From the NCBI GenBank assembly GCA_026391215.1, contig JAPLDX010000060.1, positions 32,001 to 96,000 on the forward strand: a DNA stretch of 64,000 nucleotides, written 5' to 3'. The notes beneath the pieces were generated by a model. It was not told the DNA's origin. It worked only from the letters and a program-made list of their open reading frames with translations, and ran no database searches. The DNA comes from Bacteroidia bacterium (GTDB lineage Bacteria; Bacteroidota; Bacteroidia; Bacteroidales; VadinHA17). Positions 47,868 to 56,778 of this stretch are shown piece after piece. Positions within the stretch are counted from its first letter, which is position 1. Each line of letters starts with the position of its first letter. The translations under genes and the position numbers were made by a program.

Positions 47868-48052
47868 TTTATTATCGTTTAATGTATAGAACGAATATCA
47901 GAGGAACAATGTATTCTGATTTTTGTTGCTAATATAGTATTTTAACTATTACCCCCTCAACCAAATGAGTTATGCTGAGAGGGTACAGGATAACAAAAAA
48001 AGTTGTATTTTTCAGCCTTTATTCTATTTATATCTGAAAAAGTTATCCAAAC

Positions 48053-48973
48053 ATGAAAAGGAGGGACTTTCTTAAAAGATCGGCAGGTGCTGGTCTGGCT
48101 GCAGGAGCAGCATTAAGTATCGGGCAATATGAAAAATTATGGTCTGCTGCACCAGGAAGGGCAAAATATGATATGGTTGCAGTTATGGGAGGCAATCCCG
48201 ATGCCATGTTCGATCTCGGTATTCAGGAGCTTGGAGGACTTGGAGCATTTATCCAGAAAGGACAAAAAGTGCTGGTCAAGCCAAACATCGGATGGGATGT
48301 CGTCCCTGAACTGGCAGCAAATACAAATCCCATGCTGGTAAAAAGGATCATTGAACATTGTTTTAAAGCCGGGGCTAAAGAGGTATACGTGTTTGACCAT
48401 ACCTGTGATAACTGGGTCAATTGCTATAAAAACTCGGGCATTGAGAAAGCAGCAAAAGGAGCTGGTGCAAAAGTCGTTCCGGCGAATTCAGAGACATATT
48501 ATCAGCAGATAGAGATCCCTGGCGGAGTGAAGCTGAAAAGCGCAAAAGTACATGAGCTCCTTCTTGAAACAGATGTATTTATCAATGTTCCCATTCTGAA
48601 GGATCATAACTCCACAAGAATGACAAGCTGCCTTAAGAATATGATGGGAGTCGTCTGGGACAGGGGATACTGGCACTCTAATAATTTAAATCAGTGCATT
48701 GCTGATTATGCATTGTTTGAAAAGAAACCAGCCCTTAATATTATTGATTGCTTTAATGTTATGGTACAACATGGTCCTCAGGGTGTCTCGAAAGAAGACA
48801 TTGTCATGATGAAGTCGCTGATCATCACTTCAGACTGGGTTGCTGGTGATGCAGCAGCAGCAAGGATGCTGGGCATAGAAACCGAAAGAATTGAATATAT
48901 CCCGATTGCTCATAAAATGGGTCTGGGCAACATGGACATTGATTCACTTAATATAAAAAGAATTAAAATGTAA
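48053..48973 (+). CDS. Tat-exported DUF362 domain protein
   Basis: MKRRDFLK twin-arginine signal; VLVKPN, INVPILKDH, LKNMMG, IIDC, DWVAGD motifs of DUF362. Confidence 0.85.
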   Translation: MKRRDFLKRSAGAGLAAGAALSIGQYEKLWSAAPGRAKYDMVAVMGGNPDAMFDLGIQELGGLGAFIQKGQKVLVKPNIGWDVVPELAANTNPMLVKRIIEHCFKAGAKEVYVFDHTCDNWVNCYKNSGIEKAAKGAGAKVVPANSETYYQQIEIPGGVKLKSAKVHELLLETDVFINVPILKDHNSTRMTSCLKNMMGVVWDRGYWHSNNLNQCIADYALFEKKPALNIIDCFNVMVQHGPQGVSKEDIVMMKSLIITSDWVAGDAAAARMLGIETERIEYIPIAHKMGLGNMDIDSLNIKRIKM

Positions 48974-48979
48974 TTCCTG

Positions 48980-50539
48980 ATGAGGTCGCCATTATTAAGG
49001 ATTTTCCGTATTCTTATTTCAGCAATTGTCTTCATATGCTTTTTTATCATTTTTGCTGACTTTACCCACCTTATACCGGCAAAATATATCAACATAGTCC
49101 TCTACCTGCAGTTTATTCCATCCCTTCTTAATTTTCATGATCTTGGGACCTTTGCAGCAGCTGGTTTTGCAGTAGTTCTGATCCTTACTTTCCTGACAGG
49201 AAGGACTTACTGCTCGTTTCTTTGCCCGCTTGGTATCGGACAGGATATTAATAGCAGGATAGGAGGCCGTATCAAGAAGAAATTCAGGAGGTATGGCTAT
49301 AAGAAACCATTTACAATAATCAGGTATTCGATTCTGGCAATACTAATTGCAGTGACAATTGTGTGGGGAGTATATCTGCTTACCCTTCTTGATCCTTATA
49401 GCATTTTTGGAAGGTTCATGACCTATTTTGTAAAACCGGTGGTAATACTGATAAATAATTTTGTTGCCGGGATACTGGGAAAATTTGATGTATATTCCTT
49501 GAGCCATATACCGGTCAGGGGATACCAGATGCTTGCTTACTCAATACCTGTATTATTTTTTTTGCTTATTGGTATTCTCTCATTCACAAAGGGGCGTCTT
49601 TATTGCAATATGATATGTCCTGTCGGGACACTTCTGGGACTTCTCTCGAAAGTATCGATCTTCAGAATTAAGATCAATGAAAGCCAGTGTACAAAGTGCG
49701 GACGCTGTTCAATCGGATGTAAATCATCGTGCATTGATTTTCTTCAGCACCATGTCGACGTAAGCAGATGTGTAGGCTGCTTTAATTGTATCAAGATCTG
49801 TCAGGATAAAGCAATTTTTTTTGGTATTGTAACAAAGGGAAAGAAAGTCATTAAAACTGATGTTAAAAAGCGGAAATTCATTGAAGGATCAATCGCATTG
49901 CTTTTTGGCCTTCCATTTATTGCTAAAGGGCAGGATAAGAATCCACCGGTGCCAAAAAACGCTTCATCTGTAAAAGAAAACAAAACATTTCCGGTATGCC
50001 CGCCCGGAGGAGGATCGATAGAAGATTTCAATATAGATTGTACAGCCTGCTCGCTGTGCATTACAGCCTGCCCGAACAATGTCCTGCAACCCGCAATGCT
50101 TCAGTATGGTGTCAAAGGAATGATGCAGCCGGTAATGGATTATCACAAGAGTTTTTGCACATATAATTGTACAGTATGCACCGAAATATGCCCGACAAAT
50201 GCTCTTCGCCCCCTGACCCTTGAAGCCAAGAAACTAACCCAGATCGGCAAAGTAAATTTTATAAAGGACAATTGTATTGTAAAAACAGAGAAAACAGCTT
50301 GTGGAGCCTGCTCTGAATCGTGTCCTACAAAAGCTGTTTATATGGTGCCTTATGAAGGCAACCTCCTGATACCGGAGACTAATGTAGAAATTTGTATAGG
50401 CTGCGGTCATTGCGAATTTGCCTGCCCGACAACCCCATTTAAAGCAATTTTCGTGGATGGAAATCCTGTTCACGAGGCTGCAAAGAAGCCAGTGAATGTT
50501 GAGTCTGAAAAGGAGATACCTGTTGAATTCCCATTTTAA
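48980..50539 (+). CDS. Membrane-bound polyferredoxin (NapH/MauN-like fused to NapG/MauM-like)
   Basis: Several TM helices, two CxxxCP motifs, about six 4Fe-4S motifs, CPPGG preceding the NapG-like domain. Confidence 0.85.
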   Translation: MRSPLLRIFRILISAIVFICFFIIFADFTHLIPAKYINIVLYLQFIPSLLNFHDLGTFAAAGFAVVLILTFLTGRTYCSFLCPLGIGQDINSRIGGRIKKKFRRYGYKKPFTIIRYSILAILIAVTIVWGVYLLTLLDPYSIFGRFMTYFVKPVVILINNFVAGILGKFDVYSLSHIPVRGYQMLAYSIPVLFFLLIGILSFTKGRLYCNMICPVGTLLGLLSKVSIFRIKINESQCTKCGRCSIGCKSSCIDFLQHHVDVSRCVGCFNCIKICQDKAIFFGIVTKGKKVIKTDVKKRKFIEGSIALLFGLPFIAKGQDKNPPVPKNASSVKENKTFPVCPPGGGSIEDFNIDCTACSLCITACPNNVLQPAMLQYGVKGMMQPVMDYHKSFCTYNCTVCTEICPTNALRPLTLEAKKLTQIGKVNFIKDNCIVKTEKTACGACSESCPTKAVYMVPYEGNLLIPETNVEICIGCGHCEFACPTTPFKAIFVDGNPVHEAAKKPVNVESEKEIPVEFPF

Positions 50540-50554
50540 ACCTGATCCGGAACT

Positions 50555-50965
50555 ATGGAACCATCGCATATTGAACATATAGGAATTGCTGTCTCCAACC
50601 TGGAAGCATCAATTGATTTTTATGAAAAAGTATTTGGGCTGAAATGCTACAAGGTTGAAGATGTCCCTGATCAGAAAGTAAGAACTGCTTTCTTCAGGAT
50701 AGGACAGACAAAGATTGAACTTCTCGAATCAACCGATCCTCAGGGACCAATCGGAAAATTCATAAGCAAAAGAGGTGAAGGAATTCATCATATTGCTTTT
50801 GCAGTCAAAGACATTGAAAAACAGTTAAAGCACGCAGAAGAGAAGGGTGTCACGCTTATTGATTCAACTCCGAGAAAAGGCGCTGAGAAGCTTGATATTG
50901 CATTTCTTCATCCGAAATCAGCATCCGGAGTATTGATCGAATTATGTGAAGACAAAAACAGCTAA
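50555..50965 (+). CDS. mce: Methylmalonyl-CoA epimerase (VOC superfamily)
   Basis: IEHIGIAV, KIELLE, GEGIHHIAF, AFLHPKSASGVLIELCE. Confidence 0.88.
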   Translation: MEPSHIEHIGIAVSNLEASIDFYEKVFGLKCYKVEDVPDQKVRTAFFRIGQTKIELLESTDPQGPIGKFISKRGEGIHHIAFAVKDIEKQLKHAEEKGVTLIDSTPRKGAEKLDIAFLHPKSASGVLIELCEDKNS

Positions 50966-50977
50966 TTGAAATCAATT

Positions 50978-52186
50978 ATGAAGAAATTTACAGTTACTGC
51001 CGGCAATGCAGGACCCAAAGTAAGATCGGACTGTGAAATAACCCTTGAGCTGAAGGAAAGAGGCGGTATTGAAATTGACCTTACATCAAAAGTGAAAGCC
51101 CTTTATGGTGATTCAATAACCAGCCTCTGCAGGGAAGTTCTCACATTCTTTAAGATCAGGAATGCCAGGGTGACTGTAACTGACTCGGGAGCGCTCCCCT
51201 TTGTTATCGCTGCGAGGATCGAAGCCGCTGTCAGGAGACTGAAAGACACTGACCTCGAATTCCTTCCGGAACTGATAAAGGAGAACATGTATTCAACTAC
51301 CGGAGACAGATTCCGGTTTTCCCGGCTCTACCTTCCGGGCAATACTCCCAGCATGATGCTAAATGCAGGCCTGCATTCAGCCGATGGGATCATTCTTGAC
51401 CTCGAAGATTCAGTAGCTCCTGAAAAAAAGGATGAGGCAAGGATACTGGTCAGAAACGCTCTCCGGCAAGTGGATTTCAGGGGAGCCGAAAGAATGGTCA
51501 GGATAAACCAGGGGGAAGCCGGACTCAAGGATCTGCAATATGTCGTATCTCATAATGTTAATCTTATCCTGGTTCCAAAATGCGAGTTACCGGACCATGT
51601 AAAGATTGTTGACAGTGAAATTTCTGCTATAAGGAAAAGAACAGGTATAAAGTATCCTGTGTTCCTGATGCCGATTATTGAAAGTGCGCTTGGAATTGAA
51701 AATTCAACAGATATAGCAAGGGCTTCAGAAAATATAGTTGCACTGGCTATCGGTCTCGAAGATTTTACTGCCGACCTGGGAGTTCCCAGAACTGCTGAAG
51801 GTAAGGAGTCATTATACGCCAGGAGCAGGTTGGTGATAGCCGCTAAGGCTGCAGGTGTGCAGCCGATTGATTCCGTCTTCTCCGACGTTTCCGATATGGA
51901 AGCATTAAGGCAAAATGTCATGAATTCCAAAGCACTTGGTTTTGAAGGAATGGGATGCATTCATCCCAGGCAGGTTGCTGTTATTAACCAGGGATTTGCA
52001 CCTGATGAATCTGAAATAGAAAAATCCGTGAAGATTGTGGCTGCATATGAGGAAGCCAGGAAAAGGGGAGACGGAGTTGCAGCGGTCGGATCAAAAATGA
52101 TTGATCAGCCTGTTGTCCTCAGGGCTCAGAAAACCATCAGTCTGGCAAGAAAACTCGGCAGGATGCCAAAAGACAGTTCAAGTTAA
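50978..52186 (+). CDS. citE: Fused citrate lyase acyl-carrier (CitD-like) and citryl-CoA lyase beta subunit (CitE-like)
   Basis: N-terminal AG..SD..S.V..LYG..I..D.GAL.FVI.AR.EAA (CitD-like); [38 protein letters not shown] (CitE). Confidence 0.82.
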   Translation: MKKFTVTAGNAGPKVRSDCEITLELKERGGIEIDLTSKVKALYGDSITSLCREVLTFFKIRNARVTVTDSGALPFVIAARIEAAVRRLKDTDLEFLPELIKENMYSTTGDRFRFSRLYLPGNTPSMMLNAGLHSADGIILDLEDSVAPEKKDEARILVRNALRQVDFRGAERMVRINQGEAGLKDLQYVVSHNVNLILVPKCELPDHVKIVDSEISAIRKRTGIKYPVFLMPIIESALGIENSTDIARASENIVALAIGLEDFTADLGVPRTAEGKESLYARSRLVIAAKAAGVQPIDSVFSDVSDMEALRQNVMNSKALGFEGMGCIHPRQVAVINQGFAPDESEIEKSVKIVAAYEEARKRGDGVAAVGSKMIDQPVVLRAQKTISLARKLGRMPKDSSS

Positions 52187-52205
52187 TAAGTTAGTATTCA
52201 ATGAT

Positions 52206-53765
52206 ATGGCTGTAAAAACAGTAATCAATGCTGCAGGCAGGTCAGTACCGCTGGAAATAAACGGGAAGCCTGTTATCCCATTCAAAGGCGTGGGCAAACA
52301 CAGACCGGTAGGAGGGAAATATTCCCCGCCTATCCCTGTCTGCTCGGATTTTCCGGACAATGGGAACAAGGTTGTAAGGTCACTTGAAGAAGCACTGAAG
52401 TTATGCGGCCTTCGCAACGGTATGACTATCTCGACCCATCATCATTTAAGGGACGGCGACCTGATAAACAACAGTATTTTTGAAATTGCATCGGCGATGG
52501 GAGTGAAGGACCTGGTATGGTTCCCTTCAGCATCATTTCCATGCAATGATCCTGTGATCAAATATCTCGATAATGGTACAATAAACAGGATTGAGGGCAG
52601 CATGAATGGCCCCCTTGGACGCTATGTATCAGATGGTAAAATGAAGGGAACGGCTGTTCTCAGGTCTCATGGAGGAAGAGTTCAGGCAATACAGGACGGC
52701 GAAGTAAAGATCGATATTGCAGTTCTTGCTGCACCTTCTGCCGATTCATTCGGAAATGCAAGAGGAACTGGAGGGAACTCATCGTGTGGCGTTATCGGAT
52801 ATGCCAAAGCTGACAGCATGTATGCATCCAAAGTAATCGTTATCACAGACAACCTCGTTGATATGCCATGCTTCCCTATGGAAATAGAAGGCAATTATGT
52901 GGATTATGTTGTGGTTGTCGATAAGATCGGCATACCTGAAAAAATAGTCTCAGGAACAACAGAAATAACCAAAAGTCCTGACAGGCTGCTTATAGCTGAA
53001 CTGACTGCTTCATTTCTTGAAAAATCAGGAATACTGAAAGATGGAGTAACTATGCAGGCAGGAGCAGGAGGGACTTCCCTTGCTATAGCAGTTTTTGTTC
53101 ACCAGATACTTAAGCAGAAAGGGTGGAAATCAAAATTCGGCTTTGGCGGAAGCACAAAGTACATGGTTAAGATGCTTGAGGAGGGACAGATGGGTTATAT
53201 ACTTGATGCACAGGCATTTGATCTTGATGCGGTCAAGTCTGTGGAAACTAATCCAAATCATGTTCCCTACCCGGTTTTCAATGCCTATAATTACCATTCA
53301 AAGGGCAACCTGACAAGCATGATGGATATTATGATCCTTGGAGCGACCGAAGTGGACCTGAATTTTAATGGGAATGTCGTGACCCATTCCGATGGCTATC
53401 TTCTTCATGGCATAGGCGGATGGCAAAATTGCCTTCATGCCAGGAATGTCATTCTTCCGCTTCCTCTCTTCAGGGACAGGATACCTGTGATAGTTGATGA
53501 AGTGACTACCCTGTGTGGTCCTGGTGAACTTATTGATGTGATAATTACGGAAAGGGGAATTGCAATAAATCCTTTACGTAAAGACCTGATAAAGAGCATA
53601 AAAGGCAGCGGGCTTCCTTTGAAAACAATAAAGGAACTTAAGGATGAGGCTGAAAGAATATGCGGTAAACCTAAGAAAGCGCAGTTTGAAGACAAAATTG
53701 TGGCAGCAATAAAATGGGTGGATGGTACCGTCATAGATGTGGTACGAAAAATCAAAACAAAATAA
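52206..53765 (+). CDS. citF: Citrate lyase alpha subunit / citrate CoA-transferase
   Basis: [59 protein letters not shown]. Confidence 0.9.
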   Translation: MAVKTVINAAGRSVPLEINGKPVIPFKGVGKHRPVGGKYSPPIPVCSDFPDNGNKVVRSLEEALKLCGLRNGMTISTHHHLRDGDLINNSIFEIASAMGVKDLVWFPSASFPCNDPVIKYLDNGTINRIEGSMNGPLGRYVSDGKMKGTAVLRSHGGRVQAIQDGEVKIDIAVLAAPSADSFGNARGTGGNSSCGVIGYAKADSMYASKVIVITDNLVDMPCFPMEIEGNYVDYVVVVDKIGIPEKIVSGTTEITKSPDRLLIAELTASFLEKSGILKDGVTMQAGAGGTSLAIAVFVHQILKQKGWKSKFGFGGSTKYMVKMLEEGQMGYILDAQAFDLDAVKSVETNPNHVPYPVFNAYNYHSKGNLTSMMDIMILGATEVDLNFNGNVVTHSDGYLLHGIGGWQNCLHARNVILPLPLFRDRIPVIVDEVTTLCGPGELIDVIITERGIAINPLRKDLIKSIKGSGLPLKTIKELKDEAERICGKPKKAQFEDKIVAAIKWVDGTVIDVVRKIKTK

Positions 53766-53775
53766 TTCAACTGAT

Positions 53776-53937
53776 ATGGAATGCTATAAGTGTTCTGTCT
53801 GCGGATATATTTATGATCCGGAGCAAGGTGATCCGGCCGGTGGCATTGAGCCGGGTATTGAATTCAGCGACCTTCCCGCAGATTATTCTTGTCCTTTGTG
53901 CGGGGCAGGAAAAGATGATTTTTTCAGTTGTGAATAG
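53776..53937 (+). CDS. Rubredoxin
   Basis: [29 protein letters not shown]. Confidence 0.93.
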   Translation: MECYKCSVCGYIYDPEQGDPAGGIEPGIEFSDLPADYSCPLCGAGKDDFFSCE

Positions 53938-53965
53938 CAGGTAACAGGCTGAATTCCTGTAATGA

Positions 53966-55426
53966 TTATTTAAGCGGTATACTGGTTATAACATCAGTAA
54001 GCAGATCCCAGAACATCTGAACCGTTTTTATTTCGATCTTCTCTTCAGGAGTATGGGCTCCCCGGATGGTAGGACCAAAAGAGATCATATCTATACCCTT
54101 GAACTTCTGATATATAAGACCGCATTCAAGTCCTGCATGTATTGCTCTGATATTTGGCTCTTTCCCGAAAAGCTTCTTATATGAATCCCGCGTGATTTTT
54201 AATATTTCCGAGTTCATGTTTGGTTTCCATCCGGGATAACCTGCAGAATGGACAACTGTAGCACCTGCAAGCTTAAGGCATGTTTCAACCATTGCGGCAG
54301 CATCCTGTTTCGATGATTCAATGGAGCTGCGCTGTGTTGTTATGATATCTATTGTATTATCCTCCCCGAATTTTACAGAAGCAAGATTTGTTGATGTTTC
54401 TACAAGATTATCCATCTCCTTAGACCATGCTATGGCACCATGAGGGCAGCAGGTCAGTGAATTTAGAAGACTGGTCTGGTTACCCCTGTCCATTACAAAC
54501 CTGGGAAGATCAGTATCCTTTACAGTTATTTTCAGCTCCTTTTCAATATAGCCGATCTCATCAACCATGGTTGATTGAAAATCTTCAATCCAGCTCTTTA
54601 TTTTTCCTGCTGATGATTTTTCAGCCACAATTGTGGCAAACGCCTCCCTTGGGATAGCGTTACGCAGATTTCCGCCGTTAAAATTACTGAGCGATATATT
54701 GAATTCATTCGAAAGGTTCCAGAGGATCCTGTTCATTATCTTCACGGAATTGCCGTACCCCTTGTGAATTTCGTCACCCGAATGTCCCCCATGAAGACCT
54801 GTAACAGATATTTCCAGAGCAGCTGTATCAGCAGGAACAGTCTCAGGAATATATTTTAATGTTCCAATAGTATCCATTCCACCTGCGCAACCGATATACA
54901 GAATGCCTTCATCTTCAGAATCGAGGTTTAAAAGAATCTTCTCTGTAAAAAAACCAGGCTTCAGGTTTATGGCGCCGGTCATCCCGGATTCTTCATCAAC
55001 AGTGAACAGACATTCTATTCTTCCTGCTTTAAGACTTTTGTCAGTAAGAATAGCCATCTGTGAAGCAATGCCTACTCCATCATCTGCCCCCAGCGTTGTT
55101 CCCTCCGCTGATACCCACTCTCCATTTACTACAGGTATAATCGGGTCTATCTCCCAGTTATGCGGATGATCAGAGTTTTTCTCACCGACCATATCCAGAT
55201 GACTCTGCAGCACTATTGTTTTCACATTCTCCATGCCTGGAGAAGACGGCTTTACTATTAAAATATTGCCAATTTCGTCTTCCTTTGACTCAAGATTATT
55301 TTTTCTTGCAAAATCAAGAAGGAACTTTCTTATCCTTAATTCATTTTTAGAAAGCCGTGGAATTCTACAAATTTCTTCGAAATATTGCCAGACAAGTGAA
55401 GGCTTAAGTTGTTTATAAACGCTCAT
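53966..55426 (-). CDS. pepD: Aminoacyl-histidine dipeptidase
   Basis: LQSHLDMV, TTLGADDG, DEESGM, NLDSED, GGHSG, HAGLECG, GAHTPEE. Confidence 0.94.
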   Translation of the reverse strand: MSVYKQLKPSLVWQYFEEICRIPRLSKNELRIRKFLLDFARKNNLESKEDEIGNILIVKPSSPGMENVKTIVLQSHLDMVGEKNSDHPHNWEIDPIIPVVNGEWVSAEGTTLGADDGVGIASQMAILTDKSLKAGRIECLFTVDEESGMTGAINLKPGFFTEKILLNLDSEDEGILYIGCAGGMDTIGTLKYIPETVPADTAALEISVTGLHGGHSGDEIHKGYGNSVKIMNRILWNLSNEFNISLSNFNGGNLRNAIPREAFATIVAEKSSAGKIKSWIEDFQSTMVDEIGYIEKELKITVKDTDLPRFVMDRGNQTSLLNSLTCCPHGAIAWSKEMDNLVETSTNLASVKFGEDNTIDIITTQRSSIESSKQDAAAMVETCLKLAGATVVHSAGYPGWKPNMNSEILKITRDSYKKLFGKEPNIRAIHAGLECGLIYQKFKGIDMISFGPTIRGAHTPEEKIEIKTVQMFWDLLTDVITSIPLK

Positions 55427-55566
55427 TCAATCTTTTAATGACAGCTGATCAGGCGACAAAAGTACTCAAAATTTCGTAACCTCATTGCCAGGATGATAAA
55501 TAAATTTGCTTTTCCGGAGATGGCAAATTTTCGTTATTTTTACCCGTCACTTAGTATACAGATAAA

Positions 55567-56763
55567 ATGGCAAAAAGAATTATAGTAGCTCTTCCTGGCG
55601 ATGGAATAGGAGCGATCGTACTTCAGCAGGCAGTAAGGGTGCTTGATGCTGCAGGATTTGATGCGGAATATATATATGGAGATATCGGATGGGAATTCTG
55701 GCGGAAGGAAGGAAATCCCCTCCCTCAAAGAACCCTGGATCTGATTGAAAAGCATAAGATTGCACTTTTCGGAGCAATTACCTCAAAACCAAATGATGAA
55801 GCTAAGGCTGAACTCGCAGGAGAACTGCAGGGGAAAGGCTTTACTTACTCAAGCCCGATCGTGGGATTGCGTCAGCATTTTAATCTCGATATATGTGTTC
55901 GCCCGTGCAAATCGTACAAGGGGAATCCTCTGAATTTTATCAGGAGAGGAAGGGGAAATACAATTGAAGAGCCTCTTGTCGATGTGGTGATATTCCGTCA
56001 GAATACAGAATGCCTTTATTCAGGAGTGGAATGGACCAATCCCCCGGAAAATGTTTACCAGGCATTTATGACACATCCGAAATTCAGACAGAATTTCGGG
56101 AAAGTGCCTGTCGAAGAACTCTCTTTATCAACCAGGATCTTTACCTGGAAAGCCACCACAAGGATACTCCTTGCAGCCTTTGAATATGCACATAATTATG
56201 GCTACAAATCGGTAACGGTTTGCGAAAAGCCAAACGTGATCAGGGAAACTTCAGGACTGATGTGGAAGCTGGCTAAAGAGATTCAGCAGAGCAAATATCC
56301 CGACATAAAACTGTTGAATACCAACATTGACGCCCAGATGATGTGGCTGACCAAAAATCCTGAAGATTATGGCGTTCTTGTGGCAGGCAATATGTTTGGT
56401 GATATAGCTTCTGATGCATTTGCAGGCCTCATCGGAGGTCTGGGATTTGCGTGCAGCGCCCAGTTCTCATCAGACGGGATCGCAGTTTTTGAGCCGACTC
56501 ATGGTTCAGCTCCCAGATATGCCGGTTACGAAGTGCCGATAATTAATCCTATAGCAATGATAGAATCAGCCTGCATGATGCTTGATCACCTTGGTGAGAA
56601 AAAGATCTGCCAGTCGATCCGCAGGTCTGTCGCTGATGTGATCAGGGAGGGCAGGGTCAGGACGTATGATATGATGAAGATGAAGGGAAGTCCGGATGTT
56701 ATTAATAACGGCGCTGCATCAACAGTCCAGATGACAAATGCGATAATTGAAGGATTGAAGTGA
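55567..56763 (+). CDS. Isocitrate/isopropylmalate (beta-decarboxylating) dehydrogenase family protein
   Basis: LPGDGIG, YSSPIVGLR, FRQNTE, KPNV, NMFGDIASD, FEPTHGSAP. Confidence 0.9.
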   Translation: MAKRIIVALPGDGIGAIVLQQAVRVLDAAGFDAEYIYGDIGWEFWRKEGNPLPQRTLDLIEKHKIALFGAITSKPNDEAKAELAGELQGKGFTYSSPIVGLRQHFNLDICVRPCKSYKGNPLNFIRRGRGNTIEEPLVDVVIFRQNTECLYSGVEWTNPPENVYQAFMTHPKFRQNFGKVPVEELSLSTRIFTWKATTRILLAAFEYAHNYGYKSVTVCEKPNVIRETSGLMWKLAKEIQQSKYPDIKLLNTNIDAQMMWLTKNPEDYGVLVAGNMFGDIASDAFAGLIGGLGFACSAQFSSDGIAVFEPTHGSAPRYAGYEVPIINPIAMIESACMMLDHLGEKKICQSIRRSVADVIREGRVRTYDMMKMKGSPDVINNGAASTVQMTNAIIEGLK

Positions 56764-56778
56764 TTAAACCGATTTGAA

